Notes under the pieces: model-generated
What the model was told of the DNA's origin: nothing
Seen by the model: only the letters and a program-made list of their open reading frames with translations
Databases searched by the model: none
Translations under genes and position numbers: made by a program
NCBI GenBank assembly: GCA_963733195.1
Contig: CAVTCR010000060.1
Location: 64,799-128,798, forward strand
Source: an uncultured delta proteobacterium
Lineage (GTDB): Bacteria; Desulfobacterota; Binatia; Bin18
Length of the DNA stretch: 64,000 nucleotides
Direction of reading: 5' to 3'
Shown here: positions 20,561 through 29,683 of the stretch, one piece after another
Numbering within the stretch: the first letter of the stretch is position 1
Layout: the number at the start of each line of letters is the position of its first letter

Positions 20561-20674
20561 AGCGAAATCCTCCTTGGTCGCAGCTATATACCGCTCGTCG
20601 TGTGTCCACTCAAGACCGAGGAGTTGCGGTAGGCTCCTGTCTCTCGCTACAATCCGTCTGAAAGGGGAAGGGAC

Positions 20675-21556
20675 ATGGTGACACAACACGTTGTTGGACC
20701 CACTTCACATTACTATTATTCTCAGCGCCTCAAGCTGCATTATGTCGACTGGGGCAATCCTGACAAGCCATTACTGGTGCTTATTCACGGCGGACGTGAC
20801 CACGCCCGCAACTGGGATTGGGTCGCGCAAGCGCTACGCAGTGACTATCACATAATCGTTCCTGACCTTCGTGGCCACGGCGACTCAGAGTGGGCGCGCG
20901 GTAGCGAGTACACAATGGTTGAGTACGTTGTCGACATCGCCCAGCTTCTCTCACAACTTGACACGTTTCCAGTGATACTGATTGGTCATTCTCTCGGTGG
21001 CGGTATTGTTCTGCAATATACTGGAGTCTATCCAGAAAAAGTCAGCAAAGTCGTGTCAATTGAGGGTCTGGGTCCTCCACCAGAGATGATTGAACAACAA
21101 CCAAAACATGCACATGAGCGTATGCAGCGGTGGATTTCCCAGATGCGCGACTTAGCTGGGCGACTCCCACGCCGCTATAAGACCCTTGAAGAAGCCGTAA
21201 AACGCATGCGCGAAGCGAACCAGCGTCTCACTGAAGAGCAGGCGTATCATCTCACAGTCCATGGGCTTTATCGTAATGAAGATGGAACCTATACCTGGAA
21301 ATTTGACAACTATGTACGCGCGCAATCGCCATACCGGTTTAACGTCGACGACGCCTGGGAAATTTGGGGGCGTATCACCTGCCCGACATTGCTGTTTCGC
21401 GGCCTAGAATCCTGGGCATCAGACCCCGAAAAAGATGGTCGGATCAAAGCTTTTCAGGATGCCCGGCTCGTGAACGTTCCTCGTGCAGGGCACTGGGTTC
21501 ATCACGATCAGCTTGATATTTTTCTGAAAGCAGTCCAGAACTTTCTTCGGAGTTAA
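20675..21556 (+). CDS. Alpha/beta fold hydrolase
   Basis: HGG, DLRGHGDS, GHSLGG nucleophile elbow, AGHWVH. Confidence 0.92.
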   Translation: MVTQHVVGPTSHYYYSQRLKLHYVDWGNPDKPLLVLIHGGRDHARNWDWVAQALRSDYHIIVPDLRGHGDSEWARGSEYTMVEYVVDIAQLLSQLDTFPVILIGHSLGGGIVLQYTGVYPEKVSKVVSIEGLGPPPEMIEQQPKHAHERMQRWISQMRDLAGRLPRRYKTLEEAVKRMREANQRLTEEQAYHLTVHGLYRNEDGTYTWKFDNYVRAQSPYRFNVDDAWEIWGRITCPTLLFRGLESWASDPEKDGRIKAFQDARLVNVPRAGHWVHHDQLDIFLKAVQNFLRS

Positions 21557-22221
21557 GACGCTAGCACAATCGGTGAGAGCACTTTCTCCTGTAACCACCC
21601 GGAGAGATCGGTGAGACTCTGCGCATTCAACTCATGACCCATCTCATACTCGCGATAAGTAACAGGAACGCGAAGGTCACGCAGTTTCTCAGACGACTGA
21701 CGAGCTTTGTCGACCCCGACCAGTTCATCACGGTTACCATGTTGAATCAAAACAGGTAGTTGTTCCGTAGCAGGGACATCAGGCAAGACCGATAACAAAT
21801 CTTGCGGTAGCCACGAACTCAGCGAAGCCAGACCGGCGAATCGTTCTGGTTCCCCAAGGCCCAGACTGTAGGCCATCACTCCGCCCTGACTAAATCCAAG
21901 GATCGCAAGCTGCTTGCCGTCAATTGGATATCGGCAAAGCGCATCATCAAGAAAGATTCGTAATGCTTCACGTGCACTTATCACCGCCTTCACATCGAGC
22001 GGCCCTCCCATGGTGAGAGGAAACCAACCATAACCAACAGCGGATCCTCCTAGCGGTACTTGGACTGGCCCTTGCGGGCAAAGTACGAGAAATCTTCCTC
22101 CGCAAATGTACGGAGCCAGCCCTAACAAATCGAGCGCATTTGCGCCCCAGCCATGCAGTGTCAGTAGCGTTGGATGTGGTCCCTTGCCCGGGGGTTCAAA
22201 GACTGTATGGATAAGATTCAT
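21553..22221 (-). CDS. Phospholipase/carboxylesterase family protein
   Basis: LHGWGAN, GFSQG, HGNRDELV, MGHE. Confidence 0.9.
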   Translation of the reverse strand: MNLIHTVFEPPGKGPHPTLLTLHGWGANALDLLGLAPYICGGRFLVLCPQGPVQVPLGGSAVGYGWFPLTMGGPLDVKAVISAREALRIFLDDALCRYPIDGKQLAILGFSQGGVMAYSLGLGEPERFAGLASLSSWLPQDLLSVLPDVPATEQLPVLIQHGNRDELVGVDKARQSSEKLRDLRVPVTYREYEMGHELNAQSLTDLSGWLQEKVLSPIVLAS

Positions 22222-22366
22222 GCATTGTCTCCCATTCAGTAGCCTGGCCTTGCTATCCGAAAAACGGACGAAAGGCAAGAAAAAGCCTTGTTTTTGCTCT
22301 TCATATCCTCCTAAAATTTCCCCGCCAAGTGACGATCCTCCTCACGAACCCTAAGAAAGGACTCAT

Positions 22367-23444
22367 ATGGATATTACTTCCCTCCTCACCTTTGCGTCGC
22401 AATCAGGGGCCTCGGACGTCCACCTCAGCAGTGGTGAGCCGCCGATGATTCGTATGCACGGCGATATGAAGAAACTCGATCATCCTGCGCTGACGCGCGA
22501 GCAGGTCCACGGCATGGTGTACGACATCATGAACGATAGCCAGCGTAAGCATTTTGAAGAACATCTAGAGCTGGACTTTTCCTTCGACATGGGGCAAATC
22601 GGTCGCTTTCGTGTCAACGTCTTCATGCAACAGCGGGGAGAAGGTGTCGTCTTCCGAACCATTCCTAGCAAGATTCTTTCAACGGAAGAGCTTGGTCTTC
22701 CGCCGATCCTGAAAAAATTCACCGAGAAGGAAAAAGGGTTGATTCTGGTGACTGGTCCGACTGGATCAGGAAAATCGACCACGCTCGCGGCTATGGTCGA
22801 TTACATTAATACCACATTCGAGGGACACATCATCACGATTGAAGACCCAATCGAATTTACGCATCGCTCCAAGAAATGTCTCGTCAATCAACGTGAGCTT
22901 GGCTCGCATACGTACTCATTCTCTAATGCACTCCGCGCTGTGTTGCGCGAAGATCCTGACGTGATTCTCGTCGGTGAAATGCGCGACCTCGAAACCATTC
23001 AGCTTGCTATCACTGCTGCAGAAACTGGTCATCTTAGTGTTCGGCACACTCCATTCTCCAAGTGCACCGGGCACTGTGGAACGCGTAGTCGACGTCTTCC
23101 CTGCCGGGCAACAAGCTCAGATTCGTACCCAGTTTGCCGAAGCTATCGAGGCTGTCATCACCCAGACGCTGTGCAAAAAACGCACAGGCGGGCGCGCTGC
23201 AGCATTAGAAATCTTGGTTGCCACCACCGCCGTACGCAATCTCATCCGTGAGGGCAAAACGCACCAGATTCCGTCGGCAATGCAGGTTGGTCAAAAGGAC
23301 GGGATGCAAACGATGGATATGGCGCTCGTTGACCTGGCTAATCGTGGCGTCATCACACGCGAAGAAGCGCAAGCGAAGAGTGGGACCCCAAATCTTTTTG
23401 GTCAGGCAACGCAACCAGGCAAAGTTGCTGGAATGGGTCGCTAA
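22367..23444 (+). CDS. pilT: Type IV pilus retraction ATPase PilT; frameshift near 23035
   Basis: ASDVHL, GPTGSGKST, EDPIEF, LREDPDVILVGEMRD; ETGHL then VFGTLH and AVRNLIRE in the next frame. Confidence 0.93.
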
Positions 23445-23472
23445 CAGGTGCGCATACCAGTTCGGAGGAGTG

Positions 23473-24621
23473 ATGAATTTTCAGGATTTTCTACAGGTCA
23501 TGGTCGAGCGCAATGCGTCGGATATCTACTTCACAGCGTATAGTCCACCGATGTATCGCGTCGAAGGGATTACTCGCCCAGTCGGCGATTATCGTTTCAC
23601 TCCACAGGACTTAGAATCCCTGGCTCGCTCGATCATGAGCGAGCGACAGTGGAGCGAATTTGTCGAGCAACGCGAGATGAATCTCGCCGTGTCTATTTCT
23701 AAACTAAGCCGTTTCCGTGTCAATATCTTCTGGCAGCGTGGCTCCGTTGCGATGGTCGTTCGCAGAATTGTGGTCGAGATTCCAACCCTTGAGCAGCTTG
23801 GACTCCCACCGATCCTCAAAGATATTATTATGACCAAACGGGGATTGATCCTTATCGTCGGCGCGACGGGTTCTGGAAAATCGACCTCGCTTGCCGCCAT
23901 GATCAATCATCGCAATACGACAAGTCCCGGCCACATCATCACGGTAGAAGACCCAATTGAATACGTCCACCCCCATAAGCAGTCGATCATCAATCAGCGA
24001 GAAGTGGGGTTTGACACCCACACTTTCCAAGCGGCGCTGAAGAGCGCTATGCGACAGGCACCAGATGTGATTCTCATCGGTGAAATTCGTGACACAGAAA
24101 CGATGGAAGCTGCCATCACCTTCGCTGACACGGGCCATCTGTGCCTTGCCACTCTACACTCAACGAACGCTAACCAAGCATTCGAGCGTATTCTCAACTT
24201 CTTCCCCGAGACTCGGCATCCTCAGATTTTGCTGCAACTCTCCTTGAACATGCGCTCCATTGTGTCTCAGCGATTAGTCATCGGCAAAACAGCAAAACGA
24301 ATAGCCGCACTTGAGATCATGATGGACACCCCACGGGTCAAGGAATTAATTCAGCGTGGGGAAATTGGCGTCATCAAAGAAGCAATGGAGCAGAGCGCAC
24401 AGGAAGGTTGTCAGACGTTCGACATGGCGCTGTACGATCTGTACACCTCAGGAAAAATCGACCTCGATCAAGCACTGAGCAATGCGGATAGCGTGAATAA
24501 CCTACGCCTCAAGATCAAAGTGGCAGAAACCAAAGATGCGGCAACAGAAGGAAAAACAGACGCCGGAGCATTCCGGATCGAAGGTGCCCAGGCACAGCAA
24601 CGGCGGTTCGAGCGGTTGTAA
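23473..24621 (+). CDS. pilU: Type IV pilus ATPase PilU
   Basis: GATGSGKST, MRQAPDVILIGEIRD, TLHSTNANQA, GCQTFD; follows pilT. Confidence 0.92.
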   Translation: MNFQDFLQVMVERNASDIYFTAYSPPMYRVEGITRPVGDYRFTPQDLESLARSIMSERQWSEFVEQREMNLAVSISKLSRFRVNIFWQRGSVAMVVRRIVVEIPTLEQLGLPPILKDIIMTKRGLILIVGATGSGKSTSLAAMINHRNTTSPGHIITVEDPIEYVHPHKQSIINQREVGFDTHTFQAALKSAMRQAPDVILIGEIRDTETMEAAITFADTGHLCLATLHSTNANQAFERILNFFPETRHPQILLQLSLNMRSIVSQRLVIGKTAKRIAALEIMMDTPRVKELIQRGEIGVIKEAMEQSAQEGCQTFDMALYDLYTSGKIDLDQALSNADSVNNLRLKIKVAETKDAATEGKTDAGAFRIEGAQAQQRRFERL

Positions 24622-24656
24622 TCAATTCCCAAGAAGAGATTCGAGGGTCGCACAGG

Positions 24657-24690
24657 AAACCGGACGTTAGGCACAGCGTCCGGTTTTATT
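24657..24690. terminator. Hairpin between convergent pilU and ispD
   Basis: AAACCGGACG-N10-CGTCCGGTTT followed by a T-run. Confidence 0.65.
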
Positions 24691-25388
24691 TTTTCTGCCG
24701 AGATTCTACAGCAAGGATCGCTTCAGCCAACCAAAAATCGTCAGGTGTCGTAAGTTTGAAATTTCGCAGCGACCCAACAACAACTTTGACGGTCTTACCA
24801 CTCCACTCCAGCAGTGCAGCATCGTCAGTTGCGGTAACTCCTTCAGCCGCGGCTCGGGCATGAGCCTCACGAATCAATGGAACACGGAAAGTCTGCGGTG
24901 TTTGCGCAAGCCAGAGATGTCGTCGCGGCACTGTTTCCGTCACTACCCCGTCTTCTGTAGACACGCTTGATCGTGTCTCGTGCAGGGACAGCAACTACTG
25001 CTCCTCCATGTTCAGTTGCAGCTTGAATGCTCGCGTCAAGGATGTCAGGGTCAAGAAAAGGACGCGCCGCATCATGAATCGCTACAATGGCGCTTTCCGG
25101 GTCGAGTGCAGCTAACCCATAACGAACAGAGTCTTGTCGTTCTGCTCCTCCGTGAACGAGTGTAATAGGAATACTCAATAGATCGTGTGTTTGTAGTATC
25201 TCTCGGCACAGCGACTCACGCTCTGCAGCAATCACAAGAATAATTTTACGGATGAGTGGAGAGCGTGCTACTGTCCGTAAAGTATGAACAAGTAGCGGAG
25301 TACCAGACAGAGGGAGAAAAGGCTTAGGAAGAACTGCTCCCATTCTTTCTCCCTTGCCGGCAGCGACTATGATAACGTCGGCCTGCAT
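24686..25388 (-). CDS. ispD: 2-C-methyl-D-erythritol 4-phosphate cytidylyltransferase; frameshift near 24960
   Basis: AAGKGERMG, GGAERQDSV, HDAARP, DTIK; next frame AQTPQTF, TDDA, NFKLTTPDD. Confidence 0.93.
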
Positions 25389-25443
25389 AGCAGTGAAGGT
25401 TGGCAGTCGGCTAAGCCTTTTATGATGCAGGGGACACAAATCG

Positions 25444-25926
25444 TTAGTGAGTGAAAATGCTCTTTAAATCTTCGAGAATTTTTTCTTCTGTATGTGCGCT
25501 TGCAAGTGCAAGCTCTTTGACCAAGAGATTGCGAGCAGTGTCAAGCATTTTCCGTTCGCCGAAGGACAACTCTTTATCAGCTTTCAGGACAAAAAGATCA
25601 CGCAGAACTTTGGCAATTTCGAGAACAGAGCCGGTCTTGATACGTTCGGAGTATTCACGATATCGGCGGTTCCACGTCTGTTGATCAACTTCAACTTTCT
25701 TTGTTCGGAGAATACGATAGACTTTGTTGACCATGTCTTTGCTGATGATGGGACGTAACCCAGCAGTCGCAACGTTCTCCGTCGGAATCATTATGGTCAT
25801 TTCGCTCTCTAGAATCCGCAGCATATAAAATTTGCGCTGCAGCCCAGAGACGTTCTTTGCTTGTAAGCCCTCGATTACTCCAACGCCGTGGCCAGGATAG
25901 ACAACCTTCTCTCCAAATCGAAACAT
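25444..25926 (-). CDS. carD: CarD/CdnL family RNA polymerase-binding factor
   Basis: FRFGEKVVYPGHGVG, TWNRRYRE, LSFGERKML. Confidence 0.95.
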   Translation of the reverse strand: MFRFGEKVVYPGHGVGVIEGLQAKNVSGLQRKFYMLRILESEMTIMIPTENVATAGLRPIISKDMVNKVYRILRTKKVEVDQQTWNRRYREYSERIKTGSVLEIAKVLRDLFVLKADKELSFGERKMLDTARNLLVKELALASAHTEEKILEDLKSIFTH

Positions 25927-26189
25927 GGGCTCCCTCCTTACCGAGTCGGCAGGACAATTAGTCGGGGATTCTATCCGATGATCATAAACCCGTCAACGAC
26001 GTAAGTATCTGAAAAATATAGCTTTTTAAGAATATAATTTAAAAAATCCTAACCTTTTCTGTAGTTTGAACAAGTAAGGTTCATGGGTTACTAGAAGATT
26101 TTTCTCGAAAAAAGATTTACTAACAGTGATTAGCAAAATGTAAAAGGAAACTAATAGGGAAAATTGACATCAATTATACATATAAGACC

Positions 26190-26750
26190 CTAAGAAAAAG
26201 GATGGTATATCTGCGAGAGATTACAAATCATCAGCAAAGCGTCTTCGCCATTTTCATAATATAGTTTCCTCACAGCAACTTTTTCAAACCCAAAGCTCTC
26301 ATATAAATCCAAAGCAACAACATTGCTTTTTCGTACTTCAAGGCTAAGTGACCGCACTCCTTGTGTTATTGCCTCCTGTAGAACGTGCTGGACAAGTAAC
26401 TTTCCTGTTCCCCTACGACGGTATTCTGGAAGGACGGCCACATTTGCAATCTGGCCTTCATCACAAACAAACCATGCACAAATATACCCAATAACAAGTG
26501 CTCCCTCTTCCAATACCCATAATCGACTATAGGGATTCTTGAATTCATTACGGAACGCTGTTTCCGTCCAAGGTTGAGAAAAAGAAGCCTGTTCGACCTT
26601 AAGGAGAGCTAATAGGTCACTTTCCTTCGCAAAACGGATAGCCCTTCTCTGATGAAGTAGCCGGTCACTAGTATATTGGGCTTCCTTATTCTTCAGCATA
26701 AAATAATTTATCGGTAAAAACCTGTTTTTTCGAAAAATTTCTCTTGACAA
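26190..26750 (-). CDS. rimI: Ribosomal-protein-alanine N-acetyltransferase (true start probably downstream of 26750)
   Basis: SFSQPW, NVAVLPEYRRRGTG, LEVRKSN, RKLYY...EDALLM. Confidence 0.85.
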   Translation of the reverse strand: MSREIFRKNRFLPINYFMLKNKEAQYTSDRLLHQRRAIRFAKESDLLALLKVEQASFSQPWTETAFRNEFKNPYSRLWVLEEGALVIGYICAWFVCDEGQIANVAVLPEYRRRGTGKLLVQHVLQEAITQGVRSLSLEVRKSNVVALDLYESFGFEKVAVRKLYYENGEDALLMICNLSQIYHPFS

Positions 26751-26815
26751 GAGAGGGGAAAAAGTTCCATAAATAGGAAAATTAACACCCGGGCATCCGG
26801 GAAAGGAGTACTTAT

Positions 26816-27190
26816 ATGAAACGCTGGGAGACCTACCTCATCACCACCGCACTCGCAGCGGGACTCACTGGAGCTTCATTTGCATGGGGGCAACAACAGA
26901 TGCCTAAATCTGGTGTTTCTCCATCTACACCTGCTATGGCTCCAGCAGCAATGACAGCAGCGACTCCAGGCGCACCGGATCCTGCGACCGTAACCGGAGC
27001 ACAAGTCAACATCAACAGTGCTGACGAAGCAGCATTAATGTCAGTTAAGGGGGTCGGGAAAGCAAAGGCAAAAGCGATCATCGAGTATCGACAGAAGAAT
27101 GGTCCTTTCAAATCAGTCGACGATCTAACGAAGATCAAAGGAATCAAAAGCAAATCACTGCAAAAATTTAAGAACCAGCTCACAATTTGA
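26816..27190 (+). CDS. comEA: ComEA family helix-hairpin-helix DNA receptor with signal peptide
   Basis: Signal peptide; VNINSADEAAL, GVGKAKA, NGPFKSVDDLTKIKGI. Confidence 0.9.
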   Translation: MKRWETYLITTALAAGLTGASFAWGQQQMPKSGVSPSTPAMAPAAMTAATPGAPDPATVTGAQVNINSADEAALMSVKGVGKAKAKAIIEYRQKNGPFKSVDDLTKIKGIKSKSLQKFKNQLTI

Positions 27191-27210
27191 TAGTCGAGTG
27201 TGATAACAAG

Positions 27211-27241
27211 AAAAAAGGAGACCCAGACGGTCTCCTTTTTT
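27211..27241. terminator. Bidirectional intrinsic terminator
   Basis: AAAAAAGGAGACC-CAGAC-GGTCTCCTTTTTT, perfect inverted repeat between convergent genes. Confidence 0.85.
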
Positions 27242-27329
27242 GATTTATTAATAGACAAGAACAAGTCATGTTTTTTCGGATCTTTGTACGACTTTGCGTA
27301 AGAAGAGCTAGTCATCCTTCCGATGCGCT

Positions 27330-27611
27330 TTACTTCATTGTTACCTTCTGATCACACTCTGATCGACACTGTTTCGAGAAATCATCTGCCTGCGTGTTGC
27401 AGGTACTCATCTGATCGAATTTTTGTTCACTCGCAAGTTTGTCGCTGCACTCTTTGAACATCTTTTCTGACGCTGTCTTGCATTCATTCCGACAAGCCGT
27501 CAAGGCGTCAGGCGGTGGTGGTTTCGGTGGCTCCTTTTTTTGTTCACACGCGGGCAACCCCAGGAGTCCGACCATAAGCGTCACTCCCGCTATCGCCTTC
27601 CAATTCTTCAT
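27330..27611 (-). CDS. Small cysteine-rich putative lipoprotein, unknown function
   Basis: GGAGG SD; signal peptide ending LPAC; Pro-rich linker; six further Cys. Confidence 0.75.
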   Translation of the reverse strand: MKNWKAIAGVTLMVGLLGLPACEQKKEPPKPPPPDALTACRNECKTASEKMFKECSDKLASEQKFDQMSTCNTQADDFSKQCRSECDQKVTMK

Positions 27612-27784
27612 TCTCTTCCTCCTTAATATCTCGAATACTCCCCTCCCATGTTGTCCATGGAAGACGAGGTTACTTCTTCGTTCTCATAGCATTGACACTT
27701 GCGCTCGAAAAGACAGGCATGGTAACACTCTCACACGATGGAATGCATGCTTTTTTCGCAGTCGGCGTGCTTAGGCATTGCTTT

Positions 27785-29683
27785 ATGGAGACGCTAGTCA
27801 CAGAATCAGTGCTAGACTCAAAACTTCCACTGTTACCCACACACCCGGGCGTCTATCTTTTTAGAGACAAAGCGGGCGACGTCATTTACGTCGGGAAAGC
27901 CAAGAACCTGCGTGCTCGCGTTCGCCAGTACGCCCGTGGAGGTGACGGGCGCGTACAAATCCGCTTCCTTCTCGCGCAATTGGCTGATGTCGAGGTATTA
28001 ATCACTAACAGTGAAAAAGAAGCGTTGTTGCTTGAGAATACCCTCATCAAGCAACATTGGCCGCGGTATAATATCCGTCTCAAAGACGATAAGTCATATT
28101 GGCACATCAAAGTGACGACCCAGCACCCATGGCCTCGTCTCTTTTTGACTCGCCATATTGTTAAAGATGGAAACAAGTATCTTGGCCCGTTTCACGCGAG
28201 TACCGCAGTACAAGAAACGCTAGAGATCATCCGTAAAACGTTCCCCCTTCGCACCTGTTCAGACACAGTCTTTCGGAATCGAACGCGGCCATGCTTGGAG
28301 TACCAGATCAAGCGTTGCCTCGGTCCATGCACCCTTCCCGTTGATCCAGAAGAGTATCGACGACAGCTGAAGAATGCCTTGTTACTTCTAGAAGGGAAGA
28401 ACACCGAGTTGATCAACCAACTCACCACCCGGATGCAAGCGGCCGCGGAGTCTCTACACTTTGAAGAGGCCGCCTTACTTCGAGACCAGATCCATGCCAT
28501 CACCCAAACCGGAGAAAAACAACAGGTCGCTACGCCCCTCGGCAGCGATCAAGACATTTTTGGTCTCTATCGCGAAGGCGGAGCAATCGAAGTTCAGGTT
28601 CTTTTCGTACGCGCCGGTGCTCTCGTGGGCAATCAAGAATATAGCTTTGACGACAATGAATTCCCCGAAGAGGAAGTGTTAGCTGAGCTGTTGAGTCAAT
28701 TTTACCAAGAAGATCGATTTATCCCGGATGAAATCTTGTTGCCTGTCGTGTTAGAAGATGCGGAGGTACGAGAAGAGCTGCTCCGCGAACGCAAAGGAAA
28801 GAAAGTTTCGATCCTTTGTCCACAGCGTGGCGACAAAGTTCGCATGCTAGAAATGGCTCACGAGAATGCACAGCAAAGTTACACAGAAAAGCGTCAAAGT
28901 ACAGAACAGAAGGAGAAAACGCTCGACCACCTTCGCCGTGCGTTACACCTGCGTAATGCACCGAAACGGATTGAGTGTTTTGACATCTCTAATATTCAGG
29001 GCAACCTCGCTGTTGGGTCGATGGTCGTCTTTAATGAAGCGGAGCCAGAGAAAAACCGCTACCGTCGCTTCCGTATAAAAACCGTCGAGGGAGCGGATGA
29101 TTTTGCCATGATGTACGAGGTGTTGACCCGTCGCTATCGCCGTGCCCTAGAAGAACACGATCTCCCCGACCTGCTCATGGTCGATGGAGGGAAGGGGCAA
29201 CTCGGTGTTGCTGTCGAGGTATTCCGCGAACTCAATATTACCGTTGTTGACCTTATCGGCCTCGCTAAGATGCGGACTGAGCGCGATCCTTTTGCTGAGG
29301 AGGTTACGCACTCTGCCGAACGTGTTTTTCTTCCGGGGCGAAAAAACCCTATTATTTTGAAGCCCAACTCCACTGCTCTGTTTCTCTTGCAACGGATACG
29401 CGACGAAGCCCATCGTTTTGCTATCACCTACCATCGTCAGTTGCGGGCCAAAGAGCGATTGAGTTCGCCGCTTGATAGCGTCCCAGGCGTTGGCCCAGCC
29501 CGCCGCAAGTTACTGCTGCGACATTTCGGCAGCATGAAACGCATTCAAGCAGCAACGGTTGAGGAATTATTGCAAGTCCTAGGAATAACAAGCGCCACAG
29601 CTGATGCGGTTCACCATTGGAGTACGCAACGAAACAGAAGTAATCAGGAATCGTCAACAACAGATGAACAATTTCAAGAATGA
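27785..29683 (+). CDS. uvrC: Excinuclease ABC subunit C
   Basis: GIY-YIG PGVYLF...YVGKAKNLR, ECFDISN, DGGKGQL, RDEAHRFA, HhH. Confidence 0.96.
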   Translation: METLVTESVLDSKLPLLPTHPGVYLFRDKAGDVIYVGKAKNLRARVRQYARGGDGRVQIRFLLAQLADVEVLITNSEKEALLLENTLIKQHWPRYNIRLKDDKSYWHIKVTTQHPWPRLFLTRHIVKDGNKYLGPFHASTAVQETLEIIRKTFPLRTCSDTVFRNRTRPCLEYQIKRCLGPCTLPVDPEEYRRQLKNALLLLEGKNTELINQLTTRMQAAAESLHFEEAALLRDQIHAITQTGEKQQVATPLGSDQDIFGLYREGGAIEVQVLFVRAGALVGNQEYSFDDNEFPEEEVLAELLSQFYQEDRFIPDEILLPVVLEDAEVREELLRERKGKKVSILCPQRGDKVRMLEMAHENAQQSYTEKRQSTEQKEKTLDHLRRALHLRNAPKRIECFDISNIQGNLAVGSMVVFNEAEPEKNRYRRFRIKTVEGADDFAMMYEVLTRRYRRALEEHDLPDLLMVDGGKGQLGVAVEVFRELNITVVDLIGLAKMRTERDPFAEEVTHSAERVFLPGRKNPIILKPNSTALFLLQRIRDEAHRFAITYHRQLRAKERLSSPLDSVPGVGPARRKLLLRHFGSMKRIQAATVEELLQVLGITSATADAVHHWSTQRNRSNQESSTTDEQFQE

